Assembly: GCA_023515725.1 (NCBI GenBank)
Contig: JALDTO010000246.1
Location: 281,680-345,679, forward strand
DNA: 64,000 nt
Direction: 5' to 3'
Origin: Amoeboaphelidium protococcarum X5
Lineage: Eukaryota > Fungi > Aphelidiomycota
Part shown: piece after piece, positions 39,354-51,100 of the stretch
Layout of the letters: every line of letters begins with the position of its first letter
How positions within the stretch are numbered: position 1 is the first letter of the stretch
Position numbers and translations under genes: made by a program
The notes under the pieces: generated by a model
Databases searched by the model: none
What the model was told of the DNA's origin: nothing
Seen by the model: the letters and a program-made list of their open reading frames with translations, nothing else

Positions 39354-40392
39354 TCAATACTCGTCAAATATATTCTTCAAATTAGTGGTGTAATTCCTAA
39401 TCTAAATCGCAATATCATTCAAGAGGTACCTGCACAGTACTTCATTAAAGAAGTCGACAACTTCATCAATACGTTGGCCTACTGCCTTTACAGAGTCTGT
39501 GGGTGGCAGAGAGTTGAAATGCAACTTCCACATGGACAGAAATGCGGATACTGTCAGCAGTTTGTACAGGTTGCGGACATAATCATCAGATATCTCACTT
39601 TGCTCCTTATTGTTAGTATTACTATGGCTGTTATTAGTGTTATTCTAAGCGGAATTCACAGTGAGCTTATCCACCTGCTTTGCAAGTGTATTCATAATGG
39701 TAGACTTCTTCAAAGTACGTGCAGTCTTACTCTCAGAGATGAAGCTCATCTTCTCTGCAAACTGAGAACGTATGCCCATCAGCACCTGGCAGAACTCTTC
39801 CAATTCTTTATTCATAGCCGACGTGTCATCCAAATCCAAGCCATTTAATTTGTCTAGCCAGAGTAGAATTGTCTCTGCTGATTAAGATTTGAGTTCACCA
39901 TGGCTCAGATTCTAACGGTGACTCCAAACATCTCTACAAACGTACAACTACGGACTCAGCCATGCTCCTTTCACTATTGAATCTGCAATCAATTGCATTA
40001 AATATAACACTTTGGCAATCTTATCTACTTTGGACGTGGCAAGATCTACAGCGTTGCTGCTGCTTTTTACAGACACTGTGTCTATTGTCCAATCTGGCAC
40101 CTTGTCCAAAAACTGCGGATAAGTCTATTATATCAGCGAGATTCGAAATTGGTAATTATTCACCTACAAACTTGGAAATGATATATCACATCAGAAATTT
40201 AAAATAACTTACCAGCGAATTAATTTTCTACTTCTCAGCAACAGTTATTGCGGATTAAATCAGATCATTGCTATCCAACTGCGTAATTACAGAGCGATAA
40301 AAGGCCAGAGCGTCCTTGTAATTTCCTTACTCATCTAGAGCCACAGCCTTTTTCGCCTTGATTAAAACTTATTGCAGCAATGCCGTCAACAT
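39354..40392 (-). CDS. MIT-domain protein of fungal type; intron 40164-40212
   Basis: LLQQVLIKAKKAVALDEQGNYKDALAFY (MIT); GAWLSPQLYVCRDVW and FFNEVLCRYLLNDI resemble the C-terminal blocks of fungal MIT proteins. Confidence 0.72.
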
Positions 40393-40578
40393 TTTATCAA
40401 GTGTTTAATTAATTGGTAAAGATCAACTTGTTTCAGAAGCTTACTGTTCAGAAATCACAAAAGTTCCCCTTGGACTGACTGAAAGAAGACTTGACATCAG
40501 TCAAATAGAAGCGGGTAAACTCAAGTTGGTGCGCTCAAACACATAATTCGATTAATAAGAGATATCATACATTTATAT

Positions 40579-41430
40579 TCAATAATTGCTAATAATACTG
40601 GTGGATTATATTGAGTTGACTTGTAATGCAAAGTTGTTGGTAAATTATTGCTATTGGTGTCTCCAACGAGAACGGTGATTGCCGCAGATCAGTTTCAGCA
40701 CCTCAAACTTGCCTGAAGACTGTGCGTATTGTCGCATTTCACGTTTAGCCACGGCTCCATGTGACAACAGAATTCTGACAACATCAGTGTGTCCGTTGCG
40801 GATAGACCAGCGCAACGCGTAATCGTCGCATGCACGCAAGTCTGCTCCTTTATCACACAACCAGTCAACCAGAGAGTGCTATCCACGTTCAGCAGAGGCA
40901 CGCAGCGCATAATCATCTTGAGCATGTATGTCTGCACCTAATTTCACCAACAGAGACACCATTTCTAGATCATTATTGTCCACAGCAGAACGCAATGCCT
41001 CATCATTCCACGCTGAAATCTCTGCACCATTATCATACAGATATTGCACAATGTCGTGGTGTCCACAGGAAGCAGCATAACGCACCGCAGCATCAAATTG
41101 CGTGTGAATGTCCAAGCCACGTTTCAGAAAATACTTGACGGCAAACAAATTTCCGCATTCTGACGCGACGACAATGAGGGAGTCTTGTGACGCATGTAGG
41201 TTGATATCATAGAGGCGCTGGATGGTGTCATATAGTTATTGATCTTCGCACAAAGATTCAACCAGCTTCTCCATTACATCATGAACACCATAAGTGTTAA
41301 CATAAGCATGGCATAATGCGACTCGATCCAAATCAAAGCCACAAGCCTCACTCAAATTACCCAAATCCTCAACACCTAAATACGCTCCCAAATGAAACAG
41401 AATCTCATTTGGGAGCGATATCAGCCCCAT
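40579..41430 (-). CDS. F-box plus ankyrin-repeat protein (283 aa)
   Basis: N-terminal LISLPNEILFHLGAYLGVEDLGNLSEAC (F-box); about six ankyrin repeats such as GADIHAQDDYALRASAERG and GADLRACDDYALRWSIRNGHTDVVRILL. Confidence 0.85.
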
Positions 41431-42071
41431 CGTGAGTTAATTCATTTTATAAGTCTGAAAAAATCAGGCAATAATTAAAAGGACACCTTAAGTGATGTTA
41501 TATCAGTGACGTTCAATAGGCTATCAGAAAAGGAAACATCACCCGTGAGAAAATAACAGACTGTCATGTGATGATCATCATTGGCGAGTGAATGAAGTTT
41601 GAAAGAACGTTTCTGTATGGGAAGTTGCGTCATAGAGTTTCACCTCTTTTGTAGATATTTATTCTGCGGCGTTTCAAGCCCGTTTAATTAAAATTCCCAC
41701 CTCATCTTTGATTAGATCAATGACGTTGCAATCGACTCAGTCTCGCAGCGCTGAAAGTGGAAGATTAATGCATTACTGTACGTAGTATTGAATGATCACT
41801 AGACACTGATTCAACAGTTATGGTTGGACATTCACTCAGGCAACGTAACTCAATGTCACAATTTATGACATGCAACATCGCGTGCCGTTACATACCCCAT
41901 GGTGAGATCAGCTTTCTGCGTTATATACTACATTGCGTTACATACTCGAATCATAGGATCAGATATATAAATCCAGAATCTTGCACTTGCTTCTTTTTCT
42001 TTTACTGTATCTAATTTTTAAAGAATTACAAATATATAAATATTTAAGTCTAATCTAGAAATAAGCTAGTT

Positions 42072-42521
42072 ATGTAAATCCAAATATTATCAATCATTGC
42101 GTGTGTCTCTGGGGCTCTCGCGTCTCCAACGAAAACCGAGCCTAGCCTTATTAAGCGCTAAGGGCTGCTTCCAGAAGATATTGAGCCCGAATTTTTGAAT
42201 GACGATGGTCTGCTATTTTCTGATGAAGTGTTGGCGTAAATGGATTTGTCTCAAAGCAGGGGATTAGGTTGGCTGAAGATAGACGAGGCTTTTCTAATCA
42301 GAGAGAAGCATCACAAAATTTATCGTCGGCCGGACGGACACATGATGTCTGACGATGGAATAAGGCGCGTGGCGACTTATATCGGATACAATCCGTAGCA
42401 GATGGATAAAATTATTACTGATCTGCGCAGAAGATACGGGCCTTACAGGCCGCCGGTCGGACCTGTACCAACTCCAACTGCTGGAGGTCTGTCCCCAAAA
42501 GAAGACCAGGCTAATGCTTGA
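42072..42521 (+). CDS. Small secreted protein (149 aa) with signal peptide and Kex2-type propeptide
   Basis: MQIQILSIIACVSGALA-SPTKTEPSLIKR-QGLLPEDIEPEF...; clean ATG-to-TGA frame only under code 6; absent from the ORF track. Confidence 0.75.
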
Positions 42522-42866
42522 TCTTTCGGGCTATAAGTACAAATTGACCGCTCTGTTGGCTCCCTTGGAGATCACTTAATCTTATAGTTCTCGATATTCT
42601 GCTTCGCTCTGCCTTTCAAATAGTTATATTGAACAATGATGATGATGATGATGAAATGAATAATCAATTATGTTTTTAAAAAATCACTTTTTACTGAGTA
42701 AGTGAACCGCATTGCATACGACACGAGTCTCATCAAGTTTAAGTTGATCCAATTTCATTGAAGACTTTGACTTGGCGCTTTTAAGGTGATGAAAAGCAAT
42801 TTAAGAATGAAAGACGAGCGAAAATGGTATGCATTTTATAACACTGATAATAAGCAACACGGTAAA

Positions 42867-43779
42867 TCAACGAGACCACCATCCACCTAAAATATTTCCA
42901 ATAATGCTCGTCGGCTTTTGCTCTTACACTTCCCCAGATTCTTCCGCATCTGTACTGCGTGTCTATTCTTCGTCTTCATCTTCATCAGTTTCTATATCAG
43001 TTTCGTCCACATGCAGATTATTCATCGCATCAGCCGCGTCCATCTTGTGCAAAGAATACCTGATCTATGAAGACAACTGATCAATTTTCTACTAGAAATC
43101 CATCTGTTCGCGTTATGCAATACCAGGACGCGAGAGGAGCTTTTAAAATAGTTTCCTATATACGATTCGATGTAATAAGTATATTTAAATAAAAAGCGAT
43201 AAATTTACTATGCAGATTGCAGAGCAGGGAGCGCTTCAGGGTACTTGTTCCCATGTTCGAAAAAGCCCAGCGCAACCAACCAAGTTTTGTAAGCCTACAT
43301 TGGATCGCGAATCACCAATACAATGATGCGACTTCAAAATCATAATTAAGTCTTACGTCAAGTTCAGAGGCAGTTAATTAGCTGAGCACTTTCACCTGAT
43401 CAAAGGCCGCTGCAAGCTTCTCTGCAAACTGTCCGGCACGCTTAAACTTCAACTTGGCAGCGTGTCGTTTACGCGGCACGTTCATCACCTCTTGCTTGAT
43501 ATACATACCACGAGACCAGTAGCGCTCACATTCCAAAATACCAAGGATTAATAGTTGCTTGAGTTACTCATTATCACTATCGTCTATCGCCAACGCTAGC
43601 AAACTGTTTTCCACGGGAACTTTAACAAACGTCTTGTTGGTGCCTTACATGAGACCCAAACGCTTTCTCAAAGCTCTCACCCTGTTGGTGCAAGATTAGG
43701 CATATCGCAAATAATCTTCATTTTACACTCCACATTCAGTCTGTGTCTAATGAATAAAGCGAAAGACTTCGAATTCCAT
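42867..43779 (-). CDS. SRP68: Shortened SRP68 (265 aa); introns 43295-43356, 43156-43208
   Basis: FEVFRFIHQTQTECGVQNEDYLRYAQSCTNRVRALRKRL, ECERYWSRGMYIK, PRKRHAAKLKFKRA, ELDAYKTWL (SRP68 RNA-binding domain); ends IIGNILGGWWSR*. Confidence 0.82.
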
Positions 43780-43914
43780 AATTTCGTTCTAATGCTCAGT
43801 ATGATAAAAGATGCAAGTGAAGCGATTAATTTATCGTAGATCAAGAGAAAAGATCTATCTCGATAAATTACACGTTGCTTCATTCTTCATTCTTAGGAAT
43901 ATAACAGAAATATA

Positions 43915-44397
43915 ATGACGGGCACTAATATAGGAGTATGCGTGTCCCATAACTATATTAACTATATGGAAATTATATCGCAAGTGTCTAATAATTCAGC
44001 TGGCGCCATATCAACTTTCATTGGGACCACGCGCGATCATCACAAGGGCAAGCGAGTAACTTATCTAGAATACGAAGGCTACGAAGCTATGGCGATAAAA
44101 TCGTTGTTAAAGATTTGCGAAGAAGCAGCTCAGCGATGGTCTCAAATATATGCAGTTACAGTGCATCACCGCTTAGGCGTTGTGCCGATCGGAGAGGCGA
44201 GCGTGATGATTGCCGTATCATCTGCGCACCGTGTTGATGCTATGGAAGCTGTAACGTACATCATCGATACTCTGAAAGCCTAGACTCCTATATGGAAGAA
44301 GGAATTTTATGAAGATGGTACATGCTCCTGGCTTGAGAATTGTTGCAAATCATAGAAAGTAGACTTGGAGTCGGTGCCATCATCGCGCAGCACCTGA
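43915..44397 (+). CDS. MOCS2: Molybdopterin synthase catalytic subunit (MoaE/MOCS2B/CnxH), 160 aa
   Basis: AGAISTFIGTTRD, LEYEGYEAMA, HRLGVVPIGEASV..AVSSAHR, IDTLKA[TAG]TPIWKKE. Confidence 0.95.
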
Positions 44398-44569
44398 ACC
44401 GAATATCCACGAGGTGACACGCCACACAGAATCGTCCAATAACGTTACAATGTTCATGTGTTTTATATAAAATTAGCCATTTTAAAGCCAATCTCTCTTT
44501 TGCTTGCCTAGTCATCAGATTTTATATTACCATCTATAAAATTATTGAGAGAGGATTCAGATTGCGGAA

Positions 44570-45670
44570 ATGAATCTAGACGTTGATAGAGATATGAGCG
44601 AGACGTATGTGGCCTCTGTAGTGCCAATTAGATTCAAAAATCTAGACTGGGATCGTGTCAGTGAGATTACTGATAAATCAAGATTCAAAGCCTCCAGTAT
44701 CTTTTGGTATACAACAATGATTTTGGGAAAGACCATGGTAGAGATTGGATTTTTCGCGTTTGAAGTCCTGGTCCTGCTGTTTCTATTCCCAAAGTATGGC
44801 ATTGGTGATTCTCAATTTGGCAATATGGACCAAGACTATACCATTCCCGGTGGTGCAATGCGCTATCTTGTCATCTTCTGTTTGAGTATGATACTGATAC
44901 TAAAGGTCGGTATGGATTTTATCGGGGAAGGACTTCTGGCTAGACGATCACTCTCCATCGGAGATATTATGGCCAATCCCAACGCGTATAGAATTACCGC
45001 ACTGTCATCAATCCATAAGTTTATCCTTATGCATTTCCTCAGTAAAGAGTCTACAGTGTCTGAGAAGCTCCTTGGATGGTTGATTTACGCGTGCAATGGT
45101 TGGATTCGTTTCTTAATGGTGAAGACTCCGCTTTGCATCATGTACGCTGTAACAACTTACTATGGCGCAACAATGGCCTACCGTCCGATCATTTCGTACC
45201 AAGTCTAGACGGCGGCCATCGTGTACATGTCTCTCCGATTTGCCGCATACTGTATTGAACTGTTTAACAAGACAATGGCCGCGATATTGTACGTTGTCCT
45301 GGTAAGTAGAGGAGGCCTAAAGCGCGGTATTCCTTTGAATAGTCTATACGCTAAATCAATGAACAAGAAGGTGAAGAAGCTCACGAAAGACTACACAATG
45401 GGCGATTTCGCTATCACTCAGTAAACTGTCATGCAGCCCCTAAATAGCTATAATATTCGCGATGACTAGCATAACAATAATAATAATACTAACAAAACTG
45501 TAGTGTCTAAAGAGGAATTTGATAATCTGGAACTGGAATCCCCTCTCCTAACACCGCCCAAATCAGCAGCCGAAACTCGTCATCGGCCGCCATCGCCAAA
45601 CAGAATCCGCTTCGATAGAGCATTCTCACGGCCACTGAAGAGCAATTACAGCTAAAACGGAATGAAATGA
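44570..45670 (+). CDS. Kch1/Kch2 (Prm6)-like fungal potassium transporter (366 aa)
   Basis: Multi-pass hydrophobic protein; SIGDIMANPNAYRITAL, LIYACNGWIRFLMVKTP, LNSLYAKSMNKKVKKL resemble KCH-family blocks. Confidence 0.55.
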
Positions 45671-45997
45671 AATTAAAGAATTAATAGAGATTTTAACATT
45701 TCACGATGATGATATTCTCTCGTATTTTTAGCGCGTCTCTTCATTTGAACAATCTTCCGTCCATGTCTTGAAGTACTGTAGACACAAAGGGCCAATCATC
45801 GTCGCCCTCTTCCCGAGATCGATTGAAATGACACGATCGGCCGCTTTGTTGAATTTTCCGCTTTTCGGTTCATCATCATCAATTCGCAGTCACTTTCACT
45901 CTTTTTCTGTTATTGAAATTGTTGCTGTGTACCTTGTACATTTTAGTTTATCTATCTATTTATTTCAATTTTATTATATTTATTCTATCCATTAATT

Positions 45998-47830
45998 ATG
46001 GGAAGAAGTGCAAAGGCTGCAAAGGAGAAGAAAAAGACTGCCGGTTCAAAAAATGGAAAGTCTAGTGACAGTATTTCTGATTCAATGTCCACGCTGTCTG
46101 TGAAGAGCGGTGCTTACACCTCTGCTACTGCTGCTAGTATCTTGGATCAGCCTCAGAAGAGTTAGGAAGAGATCTTGAATAGCCACATTGCGCGTACCAC
46201 GACTGGTGTATTGGCGTCTGTCCCAAGTAGTCGCGATGTTAAAATTGAGCAGTTTTCTATGCAATTCTACGGCAAGAAGTTGATTGAGAACACCACTATT
46301 GAATTCACTGTTGGTAGAAGATATGGTCTGCTGGGTCACAATGGATCTGGAAAGTCTACGCTCTTGAAGTCTATTGCCGCAAGAGAGTTGCCAATTCCGG
46401 ATCATGTTGATATCTACCTTGTGGATGAGGAGTATCCAAAGACTGATATGACTGGTGTTGAGGCTGTGGTGTATGAGGCTCAGAAGGAAGTCAAGAGATT
46501 GGAGGCTGAGATGGAACGTATCATGGAAGAAGAAGGTCCAGAGTGTCCGCTGCTTGATGACATTTATGATCGTATCGACGCTATGGATCCATCTACTTTT
46601 GAGGCTCGTGCGGGTGCCATCTTGTATGGTCTTGGATTCCAGGGTGAGATGGTGCACAAGAAAACCAAGGACATGTCTGGTGGTTGGAGAATGCGTGTCT
46701 CTCTCGGTAAAGCACTGTTTGTCAAGCCTACGCTCCTCTTACTGGATGAACCGACTAACCATTTGGATTTGGAATCCTGTGTGTGGTTGGAGTAGTACTT
46801 GAGTAAATACGACCGTATCCTGGTTTTGATATCTCACTCTCAAGATTTTTTGAATAACGTTTGTACTCATATTATGAACTTGCAGCGTGGTCAGTTGGTC
46901 TACTACACTGGTAATTATGATCAATATCTGCAGACTCGTGCTGAGAAGGAGGCTAACCAGATGAAGATGTATCACAAATAGTAGGAGGAGATCAAGGCAA
47001 TTAAAGCTTTTATTGCCTCTTGTGGTACTTATGCCAACTTGGTGAAGCAGGCCAAGAGTCGTTAAAAGATTTTGGATAAGATGGTTGCCGATGGTCTTAT
47101 TGAGAAGGTGGTGAAGGATCATGAATTCAACTTTTAATTTAATGATGCCGAGAAGTTGCCTCCTCCAGTGTTGTCATTTGATGATGTCGCCTTTAGTTAT
47201 GATGGAAAGATTGAGAATGCTCTGTATCGTCATCTGAACCTGGCTATTGACACTGATTCTCGTGTTGCTCTCGTGGGAGCTAATGGTGTCGGCAAGTCCA
47301 CTCTGTTGAAGTTGATGACTGATAAGATTCAACCGGTTGAAGGTAGAATTGGTCGTCATTCTTCTTTGAAGTTGGCCACTTACAATCAGCACACTGAAGA
47401 GTTACTGAACATGGATCAGAATGTACTTGAATTCATGAGAGAGAGATACGCGCATTTGAATCATGAACTGGACTGGTGGCGTCAGTAGATGGGCAAGTAT
47501 GGTATCAGCGGTTCTGTACAGACTGCCAAGATTGGAACTCTATCAGATGGTCAGAGATCTAGAATTGTGTTTGCAGTGTTGGCATTTGAGAATCCACATA
47601 TCCTCCTGTTGGATGAGCCTACTAATCACTTGGATATGGAGTGTATCGACTCGCTGGCTAATGCAATCAACAATTTCAGCGGTGGTATGGTTCTAGTGTC
47701 TCACGATTTCCGTCTGATTAACCAGGTGGCCAAGGAAATCTGGGTGGTTGACAATAAGAACGTGACCAAGTGGTCTGGCACTATCCAGGAGTACAAACAG
47801 CACTTGAAGAAGAACATGAAGTTGCCATGA
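45998..47830 (+). CDS. ARB1: ABC-F protein ABCF2/Arb1 (610 aa)
   Basis: Two NBDs: [29 protein letters not shown] and [28 protein letters not shown]; [18 protein letters not shown][TAA]KILDKM. Confidence 0.96.
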
Positions 47831-48178
47831 TTAGTCTTCGCATGGTGATTTGATTGTATCACATCATCATTTTTAATAAAAGCAGTTTACATCGATAATT
47901 TTTTCATTGTTTTACTCTATGTTAAGATTACTAGTCTGAACGAGAAATTGTAGTGTTGTTGACCTTGTCATGACTTCCCCCCTCCCTCTTTCTCTCTCTC
48001 TCTATTTGTCTCTCGAACATTCATCAATCCCTTCTGTAGTTCCGTTTCGTTCCGTTCAAAAATTTCTTCACATTCTCGCTCTTTCCTAAATCTGTTCTCT
48101 TTCTCTCTTCCTAAATTCAATTCTCCTTGTTGAATTGTCATATTTAACATTTAATAATTATTTGATAAAGAGGAAATT

Positions 48179-51100
48179 ATGTTTGGCTTTGGGCAGAATA
48201 ACAATAATAATAATAATCAGTAGTAATAGTAAGGTGGAGGCTTATTTGGTGGTAATCAGAATTAGCAGCCTCAACAAGGTTCCGCATTCACATTTGGAAG
48301 TGGAACCACTTAGTAGTAGTAGTAGTAATAGCAGCCAGCCTTTGGATTTGGAGCTGCCAATACTGCGAATCCAACTTCTGGTGGATTTGGTAGCACGCCA
48401 GCATTTGGGGCGGGGAATACTGCTGGTGGTACTACTCAGCAGATTGGATGGGGTCAGTAGCCTGCTGCCGCCACGACTAGCGGTGGATTTGGCTCTTCAT
48501 TTGGATAGCCGGCGGGTGGTACAACGACTACTCCTGCTACCACTTCTCTCTTTGGGTAACCAGCTGCTGGTTAAGGAACAACTACTGGGACAGGTTTTGG
48601 GTAATAGCATTCAACTAGCGGTGGATTTGGTTAGTAACCTGCAGCGGCAAAGCCATCTCTATTTGGCACTGGAACTAGTGGATTTGGCACGTCATTCGGT
48701 GCGTAGTAATAACAGCCGGCTTAGACATCCTTGTTTGGTTAGCCAAGTACAACTAATGCATCAACTGGTCTCTTTGGGTAGCAGCAGCAGCAGTAACCAT
48801 TGACTACTTCTGGATTTGGAACTGGTGGTACGGCATTCGGTGCACCTGCGTAGGCTTAGAGCTCTTTTGGTCAGCCGGGGGCTACAATTGGTGGATCTCT
48901 GTTTGGCGGAGCAAACTAAACTGCCTCGGGTGGATTTGGCTAATAAAGTTCTACCGCGTCTGGATTTGGTACTATTGGTGGCGCTGGTACTACTTCCTAA
49001 GCCACTTCTAATGTTAGTAATAATGGTACTGGTAATCCCAAGTTTCAGGTTACTTTGGAGAAGGAGAGTCAGCAGTCTGTGGTTAATAGTCACTTTCAGT
49101 CGATTAATATTATGCCAGAGTATAGAAATTGGTCTTTTGAGGAGTTGAGATTGCGTGATTATGAGTTGGGTAAGAAGTCTGCTTCTGGTGCATCCACCTT
49201 TTAATAGACCACCACGTCCACATTTGGTTAGCCTGCTGCGTCTACTACTGGTGGTCTCTTTGGCTAGTAGTAATCTAATGTGTAGAAACCAGCTTTTGGT
49301 CTTGGTGTATCGACTACAACTACTACTGCCCCATCTACTTTTGGTGGGTTTGGATCTGCATTAACAACGTAGCCTTCAACTTCCGGATTTGGTACAACGA
49401 CTGGTGCTTTTGGTACTTAGGCTCCTGCAACAACGTCTCTCTTTGGTCAGACAGGAGGTACGTAGCCGTAGTAATAATAATAGTAAACTGGTGGGTTATT
49501 TGGTAGTGGTGGTGGTAATAGTGCTTTCGGTGGTGGATTATCGTAGTAGCAAGGTGCTAATGCTTAACCAACGACTTCTACAGGATTTGGTAGTGCATTT
49601 GGTACCGGTGGTACGAGTACATTTGGCTCTTAGGCATAGCCATCTGCTTCTACCTTTGGTGGATTTGGTACGAATGCTTAGTAGACGAGTAAACCGGCGT
49701 TCTCTTTTGGTAGTATGGGATCAACAACTACTTAGCCTGCTACAAGTACAGGAACTGGTGGCTTTGGGTCTGGATTTGGTACTGGGTTTGGTCAGCAATC
49801 GTCAACTACTCAAACTTCTACCTAATAACCTTCATCTACCTTGACACTGTTTAACCCTTCTGGGTCTCAACAATAGCAGCAGCCGGCGTAATCTAGTGGG
49901 TTTGGTGGATTTAATTTTGGTACTGGGTAGTCGAATTAGCAATAGCAATAGCAACCTAGTGCATTTGGTAGTGGATTGTCCACCACGCTTGGCGCATCTG
50001 GTCAGCAGTAGCCATCCACAACAGGATTACTCTCGTTCCCATCATCCACTGCGGCGAATGCCGGATCTACCGGTACATCTTAGACTGGCGGAGGATTGTT
50101 TAGTGGTTTCGGTCAATAGACTGGAGCAACTAGTACAACTGGCTCTACGAGTGGCAATACTTTTGGTTAGACCGGTGGCACTAGCACTGGATTTGGATTC
50201 AATTTTGGAGGATCTAATTAGAACACTAGCACGTAACAGTAACCGCAGCAAACTACAACTACAGGTGCATTTAACTTTGGAGGAAGTGGTGGTACAACAT
50301 TGGGATTATAAAGTTTAACTGGTGGCACTTAGTAGACTGGATCGTTGTTTGGATAGCCGTCAACCACTGGCTTTAATTTTGGGGGTACTTCTGGTACGTA
50401 AGGATCTCAGCAGTAATAGCAATAGTAGCTCACTGCTTCGATTGATACAAATCCGTATGGAGTGTCATCTCTGCTGGAACCAAAGAGTAAAGTATAAGGG
50501 GAACGTCCAAAGTCCCCGGTGAAAGAGCAGAAGATACTTTTGGCTGCAGATTTGAAGAAGCAATTGACCTCCTCTGTAATGAAGCCTCGTGTCGACAATC
50601 TCTAGTTTACTTCGCAGCGCTCACTAGGCCGTCCTTTAGCTTTTACATCGACGTAAAAGGCTAGAAGTTTTGGTCCAACGGCGTCGCAAACTCAAATTTA
50701 GCCATAGTAGAATGTTGTCAAATCTGCTTTATATAGTGCTGATTAGTTTGTGGCCAAGAAGAGTATTAGGCATTTGGATACTTCATAGATTGCAAAGAAG
50801 CCGGTAGTTGTGATGCCGCTTACATCCAATGGTAGTAGTGGTCTGACGGACAGCATCTTGAAGAAGAGACCTGATGCTCGTGTTTAATCCTCTTCGTCCA
50901 CTTCTTTTGTCAGTGAGACTCCAATTAGAATTCCAACTTCTGAGCGTAAGAAGGTTACATGGAGTGGCGTTGATCAAGTATCATCCGTATCTGGAGCGTA
51001 TACTACTGCTGATCATAGTCTAAATGAAGATCATAGTATCCTCCCTTCTGCTGCTGACATGTCTTCTGCCAGTTGGCCAACTCCTGCTAGAAAGTTGGAT

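Noticed and set aside
46082-47392. Antisense ORFs opposite ARB1 (similar ones lie opposite ThrRS, AMT and the Slo channel)
   Set aside because: Expected by-product of codon bias on the coding strand; no recognisable motifs
48135-50522. Long Leu/Val-rich ORFs in the supplied track over NUP98
   Set aside because: Off-frame shadows of the FG-repeat region; the true frame is broken only by TAR-Gln codons
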